Assembly (NCBI GenBank): GCA_030141605.1
Contig: JAQGDQ010000360.1
Span: 174,954 to 238,953 of the forward strand
Source of the DNA: Tubiluchus corallicola
Taxonomy: Eukaryota; Animalia; Priapulida
Length of the DNA stretch: 64,000 nucleotides
Direction: 5' to 3'
Positions 62,601 through 64,000 of this stretch are shown here, in pieces. The notes beneath the pieces are model-generated. The model saw only the letters and a program-made list of their open reading frames with translations. It did not search any database and had not been told where the DNA came from. The translations under genes were made by a program, and so were the position numbers. Within the stretch, counting starts at the first letter, position 1, and every line of letters starts with the position of its first letter.

Positions 62601-63838
62601 GTTTTTTACAATCGCATAGGGCATATTTAAATTCAGCACGCACTCGACGCATTTCTTCTGCAATAGGACCGCTGCGAGGTTTACCTAGCATACGCCAATT
62701 GACAAAGCATTGTGTGAATAACTGTGTTTTTCGGCAACAAAGTCATTCCATCCTGGTACAGAGTTCCAAGAGTTTCTCTTTCTTTCATTAATGGGAAAAG
62801 CTTGAGAAGCTGCTGTACTAAGAGTGTTAATTACCGCATCATGAAAACTGGTTATTTCTTGCCTGTGTGCATCACTGCTACAATGAATATCAGAGCACAG
62901 GACTGTAGAGTATGGTACTAATACATCAAGTAAAGCCGCATGTGTCATAGAATAATAATTACCCAGTTGAACATTGGTTGCATTACTCCAATCCGGGGCA
63001 TGTTTTGCAACATAATTTTGGTTTGAAGCGTTTAGGCCTAATGCACAATTGGTATTTACAGGGCTGTCTGACCAGCCAGAAACCAAGCTGTCTACATCGA
63101 AAACTGCAATTAATGGCATGTGATCACGTACAGTCAGATCATAATTTATATTAATCAACTTGTTTGCTGCTTCGGTGCATGTAATGTGGTCCAACCACGA
63201 GCTGCATTTACATAGGTAAAGGTTGTTGAGGGTAGTTGGTTAACATCCGAAATAAAGTAATTATTCGCCGAGCAATTATCAGCTAATTCACGAAAAAAGG
63301 TCTTTGCTGGATGAGCATTATAGTCTCTGATACAGCAAACATAGCTTGACGTAGTTTCTTCAATATATGCATTAAGTTTACCAAGACAAAATCTAAAATC
63401 ATATAAATTGTCATCAGATTCACATGGAAAGTACACGTTATAAAAAACAAGAGGCATAAGTTTTCCAGGCAGTTTCATAGAAAACCCCATTATTCTATAT
63501 TCGCTTTCATATATTGGAACATTATGTTCACCCGGCAGTGATTTTCGCCAGAGAACACCTAGACCTCCCTGGGGTCTACCATCAAGCAACCCTTTAGACA
63601 AATCAGTGGGTGAAACACCTCTCCCATAAAAAGATGGATGTATTTTAGACAAGTGACCTAAGTCCTGCTTAGGCAACACAGTTTCTTCGAGCAGAATTCT
63701 ATCAAACTCATTACATAGTTCACTTATGACAAACTTTGACTCGGAGTTAGTAATTGAGTTACAATTGTAACTTACAATGTTTAGAGTTTTTAATACATTG
63801 TCGCTATCCATGTCAAGATTTTCCATCACTCGAAGCAA
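62601..63838 (-). mobile_element. Non-LTR retrotransposon (CR1/L2-like) ORF2 5' part: APE endonuclease, frameshifted and truncated
   Basis: IVSYNCNS, LLEET, GRPQGGLGVLW, NVYFP, DYNAH, TFTY (fs) LDHI, DHMPL, then VPGWND. Confidence 0.85.
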
Positions 63839-64000
63839 CAGAACTCATTGAGCCCCAGGAACGTTGATTTGCTGCCAGGAGTGCCAAGCTCGCTTGCATT
63901 GCGTGTGCAGCATCGATAGATTGAGCAGCATCAGCCACGGATAGTGACTGGTCGCTTGCCTTAGCTGTAGCGTTGCTATCTTTGCCGTAAGATGCAGATT

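Overview
AT-rich, intron-rich animal (invertebrate-like) genomic DNA, not prokaryotic. The window is a tandemly duplicated gene cluster that the ORF track mostly misses because the exons are short. On the minus strand I can splice together two TTLL4-derived tubulin-tyrosine-ligase-like (ATP-grasp) genes: copy B is complete (14 exons, 23319..45451, 580 aa) and copy A (9 exons, 689..12483) runs off the left edge. There is also a relic third copy (16365..17712) and an orphan first exon (57396..57462). Exon 1 of A and B (and the orphan) encodes what looks like a signal peptide (MWCLEVVLSCCVVLSLLDGLLA), and residues that line the ATP/glutamate pocket differ between paralogs. This suggests a family of secretory-pathway TTLL-like amino-acid ligases, which is unexpected for a cytosolic enzyme family. 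On the plus strand are two intronless, divergent cadherin-like single-pass membrane protein genes with Glu-rich tails and two stop-interrupted collagen-like exons, placed head-to-head with the TTLL first exons. The rest is repeats: Helitrons carrying CAC-rich minisatellites, hAT and Tc1 elements, LINE, Penelope and Harbinger relics, a Gypsy LTR/PBS/gag relic, 66-bp and 77-bp tandem arrays and microsatellites. All exon boundaries were read by eye from GT-AG sites and phase consistency; no searches were run.
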